A program made the position numbers and the translations under genes. The notes beneath the pieces were generated by a model. It had not been told where the DNA came from and did not search any database. It saw only the letters and a program-made list of their open reading frames with translations. Positions 24,101-39,100 of a stretch of 59,947 bases of DNA are shown piece by piece. Source of the DNA: Choristocarpus tenellus KU-1152 (lineage: Eukaryota > Protista > Phaeophyceae); the NCBI GenBank assembly GCA_964200185.2, contig CAXNAD020000006.1:1-59947 (forward strand), in the 5' to 3' direction. The first letter of the stretch is position 1. Each line of letters opens with the position of its first letter.

Positions 24101-27100
24101 GGTAAACAGCAATCTACGGAGCAAGAAGGGTTGCAGGACGGAATTCTTGATGGGAATTCCAGTTCAGCAATACTTGTGGAAGCGACTGAAATGTTCCCCT
24201 TAGAGTATATAGCAGCAGTAGCATGTGTGCAGACAGTTTGGCGGGGATGGGTGGCACGCAAGGACTATGGTGAAAAACTGATCTTACAAGAGTGGGCAGC
24301 AGTGAAAATTCAATCTCTATTCAGGGCTCGGATTGCACGGCGAATTATGTCACAAAAAATCAGGTCAGTGTTGATGCTGAGCATAACATGTATTTTTATT
24401 GTTCGGGGCACATTATTCTTGACCCAAGTACCACACCCAGCATCAAGAAAAATGTGTAACGGTGAACTCAAGTTTGCAATTTTTAAGTGGACAGAAAAGA
24501 GATTAGGTACATGCCCGAAAGACAGGGTAACTGGCCCTTGTCTAAGGAGCTGATGCACCGATAAATCTGAGATTAACCTTTGTGTTCCCTACCATGAAAA
24601 CCACATTTGCCTCCTTTTCTGTCTAACCCTAACCCTACCTAATTGAGAGGTAAACTCTGGTTCTAATTGCTACACTAGGCACAAAATAATTCGTCAGATT
24701 GTTAAGGAGGAACAAGCAAATGAAGCAATGGCATGCTCAGACTCTGAGAGTCATCTCCTCCGAGTATATATTAAGGGTCTTGATACTCTAAGCCGTCTGG
24801 TGCTTGGGTACAAGGGTCGAAAGATCGCTCGGGCCAGGAAAAAAGAATTGCACCTGGAAAAGGTGATGAATCTCTTCTTTAACTTTAATCAACTGAACAA
24901 AGTTTACATCAACTTCGTCATCAATCCCCATCATTCACTTGCTTCAATCAGCATATGGAGTGGTGTAGGAGATGTTCAAATCTTCTGGGTGCTGAACAAA
25001 ATGAGAGTAAAACAGTTTGGGTGGCAGTCATTGTTGGAGTGCCCTGCTGTTTAAAGCCAGGCCACTAGACATGTCATACAACTTTCTCCTTGTGTTTCAG
25101 AGTACAGGTACAGACAGTCCTTGCACATACTCACAACAAACCTGAGACAGTAGATTTCTCCTCTACTACTAACCAAAATTATACAGAGCTTCAAACTTGA
25201 TAAGGATAGAACAAAATATCTGAAATGTGATGTCATTGACGATCATTTTATGTTCAACCTTTAATTCGTTGTCACTATGCACTGATATGCTGTACCTTGA
25301 CCTCACTTGGCTCAGGCCACACAGAGGATGCATGAAAATGAGATAGCTTTGAACAAGTACCAAGAAAAACAAAGGCGGCTTGAGCTCTTAAGGAACAACC
25401 TTGAGAGAACGGTCACCATAATTCAGGTGGGGCAGTCAGAACTAACTCACTTTGTGAAATTTTTGCTTCAACGAGAACGCTGAATTTGCCATCAATCTCT
25501 ATTCTTTGAACAAGAGTTGTGTATGCTTTTCCCATTTGGTGAGTGTCTGCAGTAAGGACTTCAGAAGGCTCTGTAACCAACATCAGACCAAACCCAATCT
25601 ATGAAAACACAGGTCTCTCTTGTACAAGTAGTGGATAAGTAGTACTAAATCTATCTTGTTTTCATACCACCACTAATACTACCAGTAGTAGTAGTAACCA
25701 GTAGTAGTAGAAACATCTCCACTCGGATCTGCTGATACTGTGACCTGCTTCCTTTTGTTTCGCACAGGCAGCAGTGCGAGGCATGATCGCAAGAATACAG
25801 GTGAGGGAACTAAGGGAGGACATTAGGCAAAACCTTGCAGCCATCCGCATCCAGTGCATGGTAAGGTTCCGTGGAGCCAGGCTGGAGGCTGGGGCACGCA
25901 ACCGACATCGAGGTGAGAAAGAAAGTGTGTAGTGTTCATGAAGTTTACTAAAATTGAATTTGATCAAGTTTACTTTATTTGAGGAAGTTCGAATGAAAGC
26001 ATTTTTACATGCCAATAGTATCTTAATGCAAACTATCTGTCTTGCGCTATTCAACCTATGGGATGTAACACTTAACTCACTTAACTAACTCAAGACAGAG
26101 AGGAAGATACCTCTAGAAACCAACCTTCTACAACCATGCTGCTCATGGGATGTGCATTGACTATGTATCCAGGGTTAGTCAATCACCATCTCCATCTGTA
26201 GACAACCTTCTAGTATGTTCACTCTCTCCTTCGCTTTCACTCTTTCAACAAATTCTTGAAAACACACATGTGTTTGTTCACAGAACGCCTCAAGTATCTG
26301 GGCCGCAGTCGAAAGATGCAAGGGTGCATTTTGCGACTGGCTGGACTCAGTCAGCGCAAAACCCAACGGCCTGTAATACGCCTCTTCCAGAGGTTTGGTG
26401 TGAATCTCATGTCCTTCACAATTGATGTGAAAAGACAATGGGCGGATATAACAAGGGACAAGGAACTTGCACGGGCTGAATTTTTGATGTGTCAGGATGC
26501 TTGCAGGCAAGATGATAAAAGTTTGCTGCTGCAGCCCTCTCTCCCCCAACATTCTGTAAGAGATACACAGAGTAATTTAATCCCTTGGTCCTAGTAAACT
26601 CAGTCTGATTCATTTTTTTTCAGAATCTGAACCTTCTCAATCCGCTGTTGTGGCTGTGCAGCAAAGAGCCTTAAAATATCATATAACAAAGACTGTACTG
26701 TGTGTGAGAAATTTGTGGTTCTGTTCCTTGGCTTGTTGATTAAATAGGCTTATGGTACAGTGCATGGCAAGACAATCTCAATATCAATTATATCAATGAT
26801 GGCCTTCAAAATTACTTTGGAGTATTATACTGTATTAATGTTAATTGCACAATCCCACTATTCCACTCTCATCTTCTTTTCACAGTTCTTTAAGATGGTT
26901 TTGAGTAGATCTCCCCCCTCCATGTGCTTCCATCCAGCTCCTTCTGACACCCTGGCTTGATTGCACTTCTTCCTTCATTCCACAGAAGAGGGGGGCGTGA
27001 TACCCATCTCATGGTGGAGGTTTTCAAGTCCTTGCAGATTTCAGCTCTTGAACTGAAGTGTGTAAAACGTGGTGATGTAGTGAAAATAGTGCAGGTTGAG

Positions 27101-30100
27101 CATGACTTCTGTGGATACACTGGTCGTGTTCTTCACGTGGATGTCCGTCATAATATCAATGCAGTTGCTGAGGTATATTCCCCCTTTGTTCAATGCCTAC
27201 CTTGATTTGGATTGTCTTGTACGTTCTCAATATTTGCTACACTACAACAAGTTGGAAGTACCCATATATATATAGATACATATATTTTCCAATTGATGTG
27301 TAATTTGCTCATCTTTTCCAAGGATGGGCAGAAATAATTTCATGAATGATACTGAGCAAAGAACATTCCTGGTGGATCACAACATCATGGGTCAAAGACC
27401 ATTGCTCTTTTATATCCTGAAGCCCCCTCAATATGACCTGAACCACAACATGAGTTTGATAATATGCTCCATTGATTTAGAACCTATGCATCCTTCGCAA
27501 GCCAATCATCTAAGTATTCAATTTTGCAACCCCCTTACTTCCACTGTCTCTTCTCTGGCAGGTGAAGCTAGATGACTGTAGTGGCAGAGTAGTGGGTGTC
27601 AAAATGTTTACAGACATTGATAATAGTCCTGAGAACAACGGCCTTCCAGAGCCAAACATGGTCAAGGTTAGAGTTGTAATTCCCCAACATAAAAATAGTA
27701 AAACCACTGTAGTAACATAATAATGTCTGTAAAGTAGCACTACTACTGACTGAAACAATACGCCCCATTTTTACTGATAAAGGCAGACCTCACCACAATA
27801 TTTCTAACAAAACTGAATTGGATGATACAGCAACAATGTTGCTCAGACCTTTTCCTTTACACCAAAATAGTTTCTCTGGCAAGTCTAGGTGTAGTATAGA
27901 AAACTCTGAAGTGCTAGATACCCACTATTGGCAGTGAGTGATTACTGTCTGCAACACTGAAATATCCGCAGATTGACAAAATGGAATTACCCCAGTACAA
28001 GTCACATGAACTAATGTCTGTCAAGGACGAGCTTCTGTTGTGGGCAGAGAGGGAGAGGGGGTGGTGGAAGAATCACTTGGCTGCTGTAAGGATTCAGACA
28101 CAAACCAGGTGGATGAGTTTTCCTACTTGGTTCTTGTGGAGGAGGAATAAAATCATGGATATCCTTACCATATGATTTTGATGAGCTATGATGAATTACA
28201 GAAAATTCTGTTCTCAGAGTAATCTTTTACATTTGGAAAACATGGGAAAATATATGGTTGGTGCCAAAATCGCTGATACACTCTTCAGTCAGATCCATCT
28301 CAACCTTTCACAACTCCCCAATAGGTTATACCTGGCAAGACACTACACAGCACGACAACGATTCAAGTATTACACACAACTACATACATGTGGAATAGCA
28401 GTCATTCAGGCTCTAGACAACACAAATACAGCCACCTACCAGGAAAGTCTATGGAGTACACCCAATAAGAGATGGAGCCAATCATTCAAATTATCCTGCA
28501 ATAATTGACATTTTCCTTGATTGATTTGTTGGTACTACCCTGTAGTTGCTTCTATAATGTAAGACTTCTTGCCAAAGTACGCCACATCCTACTGTTAATA
28601 ATAAAGGTTGACATGTTGGATCAAGGCAAGGCCAGCCCAGTGATCGCCAACCCAGTGATTTGACTGCTTGACAACATGCAAAAGCAACTGCTACCTATGA
28701 TGCTATATTCCTCTCATTTTGTGGTTCTCTTGTACAAAGATTGGTCCTGGTCATGTCCATAATCTAATTGCAATGCTTCCATGTTTTACTGATCACTATT
28801 TGGATAGGCTGTTCGAGCCATGGCTATATTTCGATTGCTTAAGCCATCCATGGTGCCAAAGCTGATACCCTGGATTCCTTTGAAGCCCCCACGCCTGGAG
28901 GAGGCAGTGAACTGCCAAAAGCATCGTAGTATTATATCAGCTGAGATTCATGACCGCATGAGCAAGAGAAGGTGCAGACCTCTAGCATTTTTTTTTTCAA
29001 TATTGTATTGTTGAGTGCTGTATCGGGGTACTGGCACTAGTACTAACATATAAAGTAAAAGAGGTCTAGTGAAAGAGTGGCATATTTATCATGGACATCA
29101 ATTAAATAAACATCGTATTCCAATCAATACTCGGGAGTATCATATCATGATGGCACGTGGAGGGAGTGCTTCCAAGACATTCAACTGGGAGTTCTGACTC
29201 TCAACCAAAGATCTATTTCCAGAACTACATTTGGTTTAGGTGTGCTTTCCTGACAGAAACCACACCCTTTGCTCTTACCCTCAGACAAGCGGCAATGGAT
29301 GGGCCTCACAAGATGACCTGGAAGACTGTCACACATGGGCCCATCTTCAGAAATCATAACCCGCTCAAGGAGGTATGTGCACCTAACATATGAAGGTTAG
29401 TGACTGGGTTAGAACAGGGACACTAGAGGATGCATACACTACTGAGGGTTGCTTAGCTTCCAAATGCAGATGCTTAGTATAAGATATTGCCTACAATGTG
29501 AAAATTCCCAAGATTATCATAAGGGACACATTGAACCAGGGGGTATTGTTCTTCAACATACTGACTATATATATGCTCATAATGCTCTCAATATATTTTT
29601 GGAAGAAGCTATTACCATAAATGTGTACTCATTCCTTCTTTGCAGTAGGTACCCTCTTATCTCCTGTGACTGACTCTTGGGGTTATTTCATATTTGCACT
29701 GGGGAAGGAATGGGGACGCCTGGCTTCAGGTGTAAGTCCAAGCAAGCTATCCAAAATATTCAAGACTTTCACTCCAAGATCGCTTCTTGAGAATTGGGAC
29801 AGGTGGTGTAATGTGAGTCTGAAGGGCCTTGGACACATCTGCACCTGGTGGGCCTTGCTTAGCTGAATGGATATCTAGGGCTCAACCCAGTTCTCCTTAT
29901 CACCCTCTTGTGCATAATCATTTCCCTTTCCATTCCTCATCCTACCACCAACAGGCCTAGCACCCCGTGCCTCAGCAGGACACATACTGGTAGATATGTT
30001 GTGTATTTCTATGTTGCACAGGTGTCCCTCCAGGCCCATGCCACACTTGAACAACCTTCAACCCTAACCCTAGCCCTAACCCTATATGATGCTCCCCTCC

Positions 30101-33100
30101 GTTTTTTCTAAACACATTAGAGGCAAAATGTGTTTACACGAGCCTACACATTTGAGCAATTTTCTCAAAGTCCTCACATGTGTACACAAGGACGTGCATT
30201 GTATCATGGTGCATGGGGTGGAAGAAGCAAGAAAGCAATTGTTGGATCCGTGCCACATGGGGAGGGCTATGCAGAATTCCTGGATGGGTGGGGTGTTGCC
30301 CAGGTGATGTTATTTCCACCTCTTAAAGTGGAAAGTGCAAAGTTTCTTGTCTTTCCTTGAGTGTTTCTTTCCCCTTTTCTGGCAATTAGATGGCATTTCA
30401 TTCCACACTACTTTGAACTCACCCATCTCTCAAATGTGCAAGGTACTTCAAAGTACTATCCAAGCGTAGTTCAATTCTCTTTGCGGAACCATTCATTCAA
30501 TTCTATTTGCTTGACTGCATGCAAAAATTGTTCATTGTTTGGCAGGAAGAGAAGACACTCTATGTGACTGTTGAAGAGGCAAGAGAGCTACCAGCAATGG
30601 ATCAAACAATGTTCAAACAGAGTTCAGATCCTTTTTTCGTGTTGAAGTGTAATGGTAGAATCCTGAGGACAGCTACCATATACAAAACACTCATGCCCAG
30701 GTATGTTCCTTGGTGTAGGATAATGTGCAACGGAAAATGAACAGGTAGGTTGCCCACTTACAAATATGATTGATACTAATAGTGGACTACTTTTTTGGTC
30801 AGATTTCCAACTAACCTTACGCTGTCACTGATTAAAAGGCATTTGATTATGAATTAATCTTGTAAGTGTGACATTTATTCCTCCCCTTGCCTTCAAAAGG
30901 TACAACGAGCAATTTGAGGTTCCAGTGACCAATTCATCTGCAACCTTGTTGGTTGAGTGCTGGGATGATGATGTCATTGGAAAAAAATTCATCGGCTCCA
31001 TCAATATACCCCTCCAAGATCTCTCAGATGGCCAGAAGGTAGTGCTCCTAGATGTAGTGCTCTGACCATTCTTTCCCCGTACTATTCCCAGTGAATACCT
31101 ACCCTATGTCCTGGTTCCTAGTTAGGACTAAGCTGATTCACATGTTTCCTACCAATAGCACACACTTGTGTTGATGAGTCACTCAGTGTCTCTCACCAGA
31201 TAGTGTACCTTGTTTTTATTTTCACACTGTCTGAGCTAATCTTTACACATTGCCTGAACTAATCTTTACACATTGTCTGAACTAATCTTTACACATTGTC
31301 TGAACTAATCTTTACACATTGTATGAACTAATCTTTACACATTGTCTGAACTAATCTTTACACATTGTATGAACTAATCTTTACACATTGTCTGAACTAA
31401 TCTTTACACATTGTATGAACTAATCTTTACACATTGTATGAATTAATCTTTACACATTGTATGAACTAATCTTTACACATGGTAACAAAAAAATCCCCAC
31501 CAAAATGCTGATATGAGTTATGGATCACCCTTGTGTGTTACTCCTTAGGTGGAAAAATGGTTCCCACTTGGTGAAGATCCAAAGAAGGGGGTGTTGCGTA
31601 GAGCAATGAAAGGAACCTCAAGAGGAATTGTCAAGCTAGGTGAAATTAGTTGTTGACAAGTTATAATATTTGGAACATATGCTCACTCCTATGGCCAAGG
31701 TAGTCGAGGTACTCATGCACTTCAGTAAAAGAGTTAACAATATATTCCACTTGAGGCTGTGTCCTTCAATAGAAACTCACTGAGCACAGTCTAGACATTC
31801 TGCTCCTGATGGCAACAAATGTAGTTGGCATCTAAACGAAGTGATTCACCTAAGAGTTACTCCTGTACTTTGGAGTGGGTAGATTATATGTCTATATGTC
31901 ACTGCAACATGGATGTGAAAAATGGAATATTGACATTTTCTTGATTTACATACCATACTTCAAGTTCAAAAATAAAATAAGATGGACTTAATTCCCTCCC
32001 ACATCCTTACGACCTTGTGCCAAAATTGGACTTCACTTGTAGACTTTGTATAATGAGAACCATGTATTTGGTTGTAGGTTCCTGGATTTCTTGCCATGAT
32101 GACAAGGTTTTGGTATTGGCACACCAATCTTTTTCTCCTCTCCTTTTCAATACAAGCATCCAAACATCAACATAAAAAAATATAGCCCAGAACACCACAG
32201 CTGTTCCTACCCCATCCCAAAGGTCTGCAGTGGCTGCCAAACAAAACTGAGGATGATGTGAATGCCCTCATTTGCCTGGAGAAGGCAGCAATCACGATCC
32301 AATGCTGGATGCGTCAATATCGTACTCGCAAGATCATAGATGATGCAACTGAGGAGGTGGCAAGGAAGGAACTATACATTTTTTTGAGGTCAAGGACTAT
32401 TCAGATGTGTTTCAGGAGACATAATTCCCGTGAGATTCTGAGGGTAAAGCGGTGTCACTACCGTAATGCAACCATAATTCAAAAGTATGCTCGCAGGAAG
32501 GTGAGAAGAATTAGGCATCTTGTGTTTACACACTTTAGCAGCACTGGGTTCAATGCAAGCTGGTCCCAATAAACAAGTTAATATATATTTTAGTTAGAAG
32601 TTTGAGAACTGAGGCGAGGAAACTGGCATTCTGACCTGTTTGTTGGGGCTCTCTCTGTGGCAAAGGGTGGAATTCAGTAGTGTGTCAAAGATTTGCATGA
32701 GTCTTGTTCGTGACTCTTTCCTGGCAGCAATGAAACATCATTTTAATCCAACAAGATCCTAGAGGATGCTGTTTTGGCAGTGCTTGTATGGACTTTCCAA
32801 GACTGCATGTTCAACTCATTTTTACACAACCCTACCTTAGCTGTGCAAGCAGCATGGTGTTATGTCTAGGTGCTGGAAATACACCTGGTTCCTGAGTTAG
32901 GACCATAATATCCTTATCCTTGTATCAAACACCTTGTAACTACTATAGGCAAACTGGGGCCAGTACCTTTCTGAGGGTCCCAAATCCAATTACCCCCCTA
33001 GTGAGGTTCTCGAGTTTGACCATGACTTGTTGATATGTTACACAAACATTCCCGTCAAACAGGGCTTAGAGACGGAATATAGTAAAAGTACAATATTTTA

Positions 33101-36100
33101 TACTATATTACTTTGCACTATGAATTGTCAGTAAAACATAGCAGTGGTGTTTATATCAAGGCGATATATCAATGCTTTATCAGGACCGCGTGTTGAAAAA
33201 TTGTTTATTGCAAAGGGAAGCAGACATTTTTCATTCATGCAAGGAGTGTTGTATTGGGGATGGTGGGAGTGCTGTTGTGTTTTTGTGCACACATCGCTAG
33301 ACACATTACCATAGGAACCCCCCAAAAATCCACAGGTGTAGCCAGTGGGGTAGCTGACTAATTAGTGTTGTTGTTGCGTCCTAATCGGCATGGTGGAGAG
33401 TTGCGTGACCTCTTCAATTTTCCACAATAGAACCATTTTGATGAAATGCAATTTTGTCCTTTTCCAATCTCTTGAAATAACCAAATAGATGAAAGGGAAG
33501 GGGGGGGGTATGGTGACATACATATACATTCAACGATTCACATCTAGAGATAGGTACTAATCCAGTGTAAAGTTGTAGATATGTAGTGGTCTTCATTGGC
33601 ACAATAGTGGGAAGCATATTGAGAGTGGATGAGAAACCCTACGGGTAGATACTGCATCAATTTCATTGATTTCAATGATTTCATTGATTTCTGACCCCCA
33701 GTAAAATACTTGGCCCTACAGCTTGCTTACAGGGAGATTGCCATCAGAAGGCTGCAGCGAGAAAATGCAATAATAATCCAGACCTCAGCTCGCAGGTATA
33801 TAGCAAGAAAAAAACTACAGTACCTGCAAGAACAAAGGAGGATACTGGAACATGAGATGTCCATCAAAATTCAGGCTGTTGCCAGGTTGGTAATCGGCAT
33901 TGGTGATTTTTGTGGAAGGCAACACGACGACATAGAGTAGTATCAGCATACAAGTCACACTACATTTGAATGCCACTATTTTAGTCAACAGTTGTGCTTG
34001 GTCCAGGGCTACTGGTGGCTCAAATCCTTCATAAAGTTACAAACATATGTGGAAAAAACATACTCAAGTAAGACACAAGTAGAAGAGGTGTGTGCATGCT
34101 GGTGAGTAGATTAGGTGGTTTTGTTTGCTTCTGTAGATAACCATGAACATTTGCCATGTGGTGGACAATTACCATGATTGATTGCTACATCAAACTGCAA
34201 CCCTATGCAGGGTAATGCTAGCAAGAATGGAGGTTGCAACCAAGCTTGAGGAGCAAGGAGAGGATCGTGACATCCTTTGCGTTGAAGATTGGGTACTTTG
34301 GTATGGAACAGATCCTGAGTATCCCTCCAGACGTCTGAGGCGGATCACAGAAAGGGTTTTTCGAAAGGTACAATCTTGAACTTCAAATGTTTGCAGGACT
34401 TTGGTAGTACAGAAAAAGAGCAAGACATAGGTTGTGTCAAGTTTGGAACATTTAGCAAACTACCTAACCCTAACCCTACCTGGCAACTAACTAGTAATGG
34501 AAAAAAATTCCAACAAAAACTAGCAAATTAATCCTGACACCAACCTTCAAACTTCACACTTCTCAAGTTATCCTTTTTGATCAAGTACCTTTCATCACTG
34601 ATTTTGGTGCACATGACTACCTGGAACATGGCAGATACTTTCCACCAAGGGTGCTGTGGTTGAGACCCGTTTTGGCGCAGCTAAGGTGGAATATTATCCA
34701 GCCCGGGGCTGCTATAGTAACTCTGCAACCGACAAGGGAGAGCCATTGCGGAGTGTGAAGCAGTTTTTGGAGGTGTGCAGTACATATGGACATGGAGCAT
34801 AGCACGAACTTCAGTGATGGCACACATTGTCGTTACTTTGGTTACTTTGTCCTCTATGTACCAAGAAATAATAATTGCCTATGCAAGAGTCATATTCTGT
34901 GTGTGTGTTCATCCTCTCTATCTCACCCAACTACTCTGTTTGCATACTGCATCAATCATCGTACCTGTAGGTCAAATGGCAAGCACATGCAGATTTGAGA
35001 TGGCCAAAGAAAGATCTAATCAAGGTTTTTAAGGCTGCAGGCAGGTGAATATGGCATTGGCTTCATCAAGTAGCAATCCCTCTGTCCATTGAGTGGTCTC
35101 AGTAGCACTTTTTTTCTGAAGTGCCTTGCATTTTTTATCAGTTAATTTCTCAATTTGTGAAAGCCAGTTGACATGAATATGTAGCCTTACAACTTTTTTA
35201 TGTATGCGATGTACTCCAGAACGTATCTCTAACTCTCTCTTCATTCAAATGGACTGAAAGCTTTGTTCTTGCTTCCTTTGTGTATTATGTATTGGACGAA
35301 TTAATCTTTAGTACCGCTTTGAATGACTGTAATGCAGCAAGTTATCCTAAGTTGTTTTTACCTATATGCACTTATTCAGACCTCACTGAGTGGGTTTTGA
35401 AGTAATGTTAATTGTTCGTATAAGGATTTTGTTAGCATAACTATAAGAAAAATATTTTGCCACATTTTATAATTCAGTGGAGAATAAAACAGCAAGTGCT
35501 CACAGCTCAACCTTCTTCATCAGCCAGATGATTTTTTCCACAGATTACCAGCACTCCACACATAGTTTTGGAAAAATATATACTTTTTACATCTGTCCTT
35601 TTAATATATGCTGTGCAAAACATGGCGATTCATCATCATTTTACCCATGGTTATTGCCCTTCTGTATAATTGTTAGCAACTATTACGGGATTCTGGAACT
35701 AGGTTCTGTCTCCACAGACAGGACTGTTGGCAGAAGAGTGATCTGTATCCAGTGTCTTGTTCGTCAACAGCAGGCACGCACTACAATGGAAAAACAAAAA
35801 CGTACATGGATGGCTGCTACATTAATCCAGAAAGCCGCCAGGTAACTAACTTATTCTGCTGCATATGTACCAGTTGATGTGGAATACCTTGTCGGAATTC
35901 TCTGATGCTTCACATACATTACTGCTACATGTTACCCACCTTGTATGTTCACACATGTTGTATGATCTGGAATTCCACTGGGAAGAATAGATTGGACAAC
36001 ATAATTACATTACAAGAATTCATACGTTAAATCTGCTTGAGCTCATGAGCATGACATTGTGTGCTTTTCTTGACCTTATTCTGAAAAATGAAATCCACAT

Positions 36101-39100
36101 TGAATCCACATTGAACTATAATTGCACAATCATTTCAAGTCTGCAAGAGTGACCGGTAATTTCAAGATGCCTTCTAATGGTGTCTATTGTAGAAATTACT
36201 GGTTCAGAAACCTACCTTGGCTGTACATCAAAAAATATATAAAATATATATGAGTTATATATGTATTATATATGTATTATATATGCTAAACTTGTCCTGT
36301 CATGATTGGACAGTTGAACTTACATAAGGAAAGATACCTATTAGTACAATAGTTGTAAATAATATCATACAATTATAACTACTAGTACTTAGTAGTATGT
36401 GACAACATACTGATTGCTGGCATGGGTTTAGAGCCAAAATTTCGAATATATATGAAAGAAAAAAAAAAGCTTGATTAACTAGGTTCCGCCAGATTCAAGA
36501 TATGCTCTATCTGGCACGCCTTTTCTTTCAGTGGTTTTGATTGCAAATATCAACCTATCTCCATGTAGGTATTACGTCCCTGATGCAGATGAGGTGTCTA
36601 ATCACTTTGTCAGCTTGCTTGCATCAGGAAACAGATCACTCAAGATAGAGAAAAACATAATGAGAGGAGTAATTTCATTCTATGACAAGGAATGACCTAG
36701 CTGCATGTCAGTCAGTATGCTTATCACAGTACTATTATCATTATTGCTATGTATGCATTCATACCACCATAGGTGGATGGGAATGGCACCCCACGCACTA
36801 AGCCGAACCCCAAATGTGTCAGGAGTTTGTCAACTAGGTATGCCCACTGTTCATAACAAACATGAAAATAGAAAAAGTGTTCCAATCACAAACTATTATA
36901 AAAAAGGACAACTTGACACCATGAAAGGGATCGATGTGGGTATCTATTTAGGTGAATCTGTTTGGTATCATTTCTGGCATCTATTTAACTGTATATATAG
37001 GTAGGTCCCTGTCTTGGAAAAGCTTTCTATCAATAGAGATATGGCACTATCACAAACAAACCTTCAAGTTTATAAAATGTAATAAATTGTCAGTAAATAT
37101 GTAAACCAGGGATGTGAAGGTGTCAAATCTTTAAAATCCAATGAATATTGGAGTCTTCAGACATTTCAATCCCTCCACTGCCAAGACTGTTTTTTTTTCT
37201 ACTTTTTGAGGGCCAGTTGGCTGGATGGCTAATTGGATGGCATATCACCACTAGTAATGACCATTGCGGTTGTTTCCTTTCCTCTGTCAAAGTACTTTGT
37301 GGGAAACCCTGAGTAGAATTTGAGGGGGGAGTTGTGAGCTACTTATTGATCACCGTCGAGTCAATATCTACTGTCATGTGTATATGAGGTCATATGTGAT
37401 GGTGCCACATTAGGAGTGATCCACAGCACATGGGTAGTTCTTCTATCATGCTGGGTTTGATGTCTAGCACATTATTGAGTCATACCATCGAGGAGGGGGG
37501 TGTCATTGAGTTTTAAGGGTTCCAAGAACACATTGTGATCGATGTGTTTTATCACTGCAAATGGTGCTTTCAGTAAATAATGAGTTCCCATCTGACCTTC
37601 TCTTCCACAGCCACACCCTTACAGGGGTCTCAACTGCACTTCAAGCATGGTCATGTGCATAGTTGCTCAAGGTTCAAAAAGCCCTCACAACTCAGAAGGG
37701 CCAAAATCAACCCCCCTCTTGGATGGTTTCACTCATTACCATACCAAAATGATAGAAATACACAACTTCAGTCTATCATCTTAGTCACATGATGACACTC
37801 TGTGGTACAATACAGTCGATGTCACATCATTGTAGCACAGTGCAAAATTAACAGTGCAGTGGATGTTTCCCCATGAGGTGGACAGAACCAGATCAAGTGG
37901 GCAAAGAATGGGTATGACCTGGCGGTTTTCCTTGTGCCTCTAAATGGGTAGCAATAATTGTCAACAGCTTGAGGTAGTTGTAGTCATGTTGATTACAGGA
38001 GCGAAGACGTATCATACCCTTAAAATCCTTGGTCTTTGCTAATCCTCTATCTTCAAACTGTGACCATGGCCCTTTCTTTTCTTGTCCCCTATATCCCCCA
38101 TGCCTTGTTAGAAAGAGAGTATCACTCATAGACAAGACAGTGGCAATGTTGCAGTGCATGGTGAGGAAAATGCATGCACGGTCAAGGACTGCCATGCTTC
38201 GCCATGAAGTGGAGTGTGCACTGAAGATACAACTAGCCTTCAGGCAGTACAAGTCACGACTAGTTCTAGACTACAAGCGGGTGATACAGTGAGATATTTA
38301 TTCTGGTGTTTCTAACGTATGAGTGCAGGGAGTTTAGTGTTTCAAAAATTGATGCAGTCCTATCAATAGTCTACTGCAGCTTTAGTTTTCATTGTTTAAT
38401 GTACTCTGAGTAGGTGTGAAAAAACGATCTTGACATATTCAAGAATCTCTTGCGATAAAGACATCCCAATAAAACAAAAAGAGCATGCCCATTGCATTTC
38501 TTCTCCATCCACCTATCTCAAGAGTCCATTGCATTTACAGACTTACCTCCCACAAAGCTCTCCACATATCCGCACCTTACCAGGACTACAGCAGTTAGAA
38601 ACAGCTCTGGATGTTCAGACCCTCTCTACAAGGCAGAGAATTGTCTTGTGAGTTGGCTGGTCTATTTTCAATCTGTGTGTTAGACTACTCAATAGTCCCT
38701 GCATGTTGCATGTTGCTAGCTAGTCAAGACAACTTCTGCAGGTTGCTTACACATCTGCAATGAGGTTGGACCTATTCGTCAGGATTTTTTAAAATTATTT
38801 TCTCTTCTAAGGTTACTTACTAAATGGGGTAATTAATCTACACTGTGTTTTCTGTTATTTCACTATTTACAGCTTCTCAAGCTGCGATACATGTGCCTGT
38901 TAATGTTGACTAACACAATCCTCAACCTTGCCTAATCTTCCTACTTAGGTCCTAGATTCACCTGACGAGCCGACTCTGTGGACATCACCTTACGGAGAGG
39001 TGGAGGGGCAATGGATTGAATTTGACCTTAGCACAGACAAACCAGTTGGAGTTGTAAGATTCTTAGCAATGGCGAACACAGCTTGTCCGAAGCAGGCAAG

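Noticed and set aside
31231-31483. CRISPR-like array
   Set aside because: Units are contiguous with no unique spacers; eukaryotic intron; no cas genes.
35050-35470. Further organellar insertion (AT-rich; SGVHR motif recalls release factors)
   Set aside because: Match too short; no extended similarity recognisable by eye.
36483-36540. Extra exon of the giant gene
   Set aside because: Frame hits a stop without a convincing donor; 35841 joins 38112 in phase without it.
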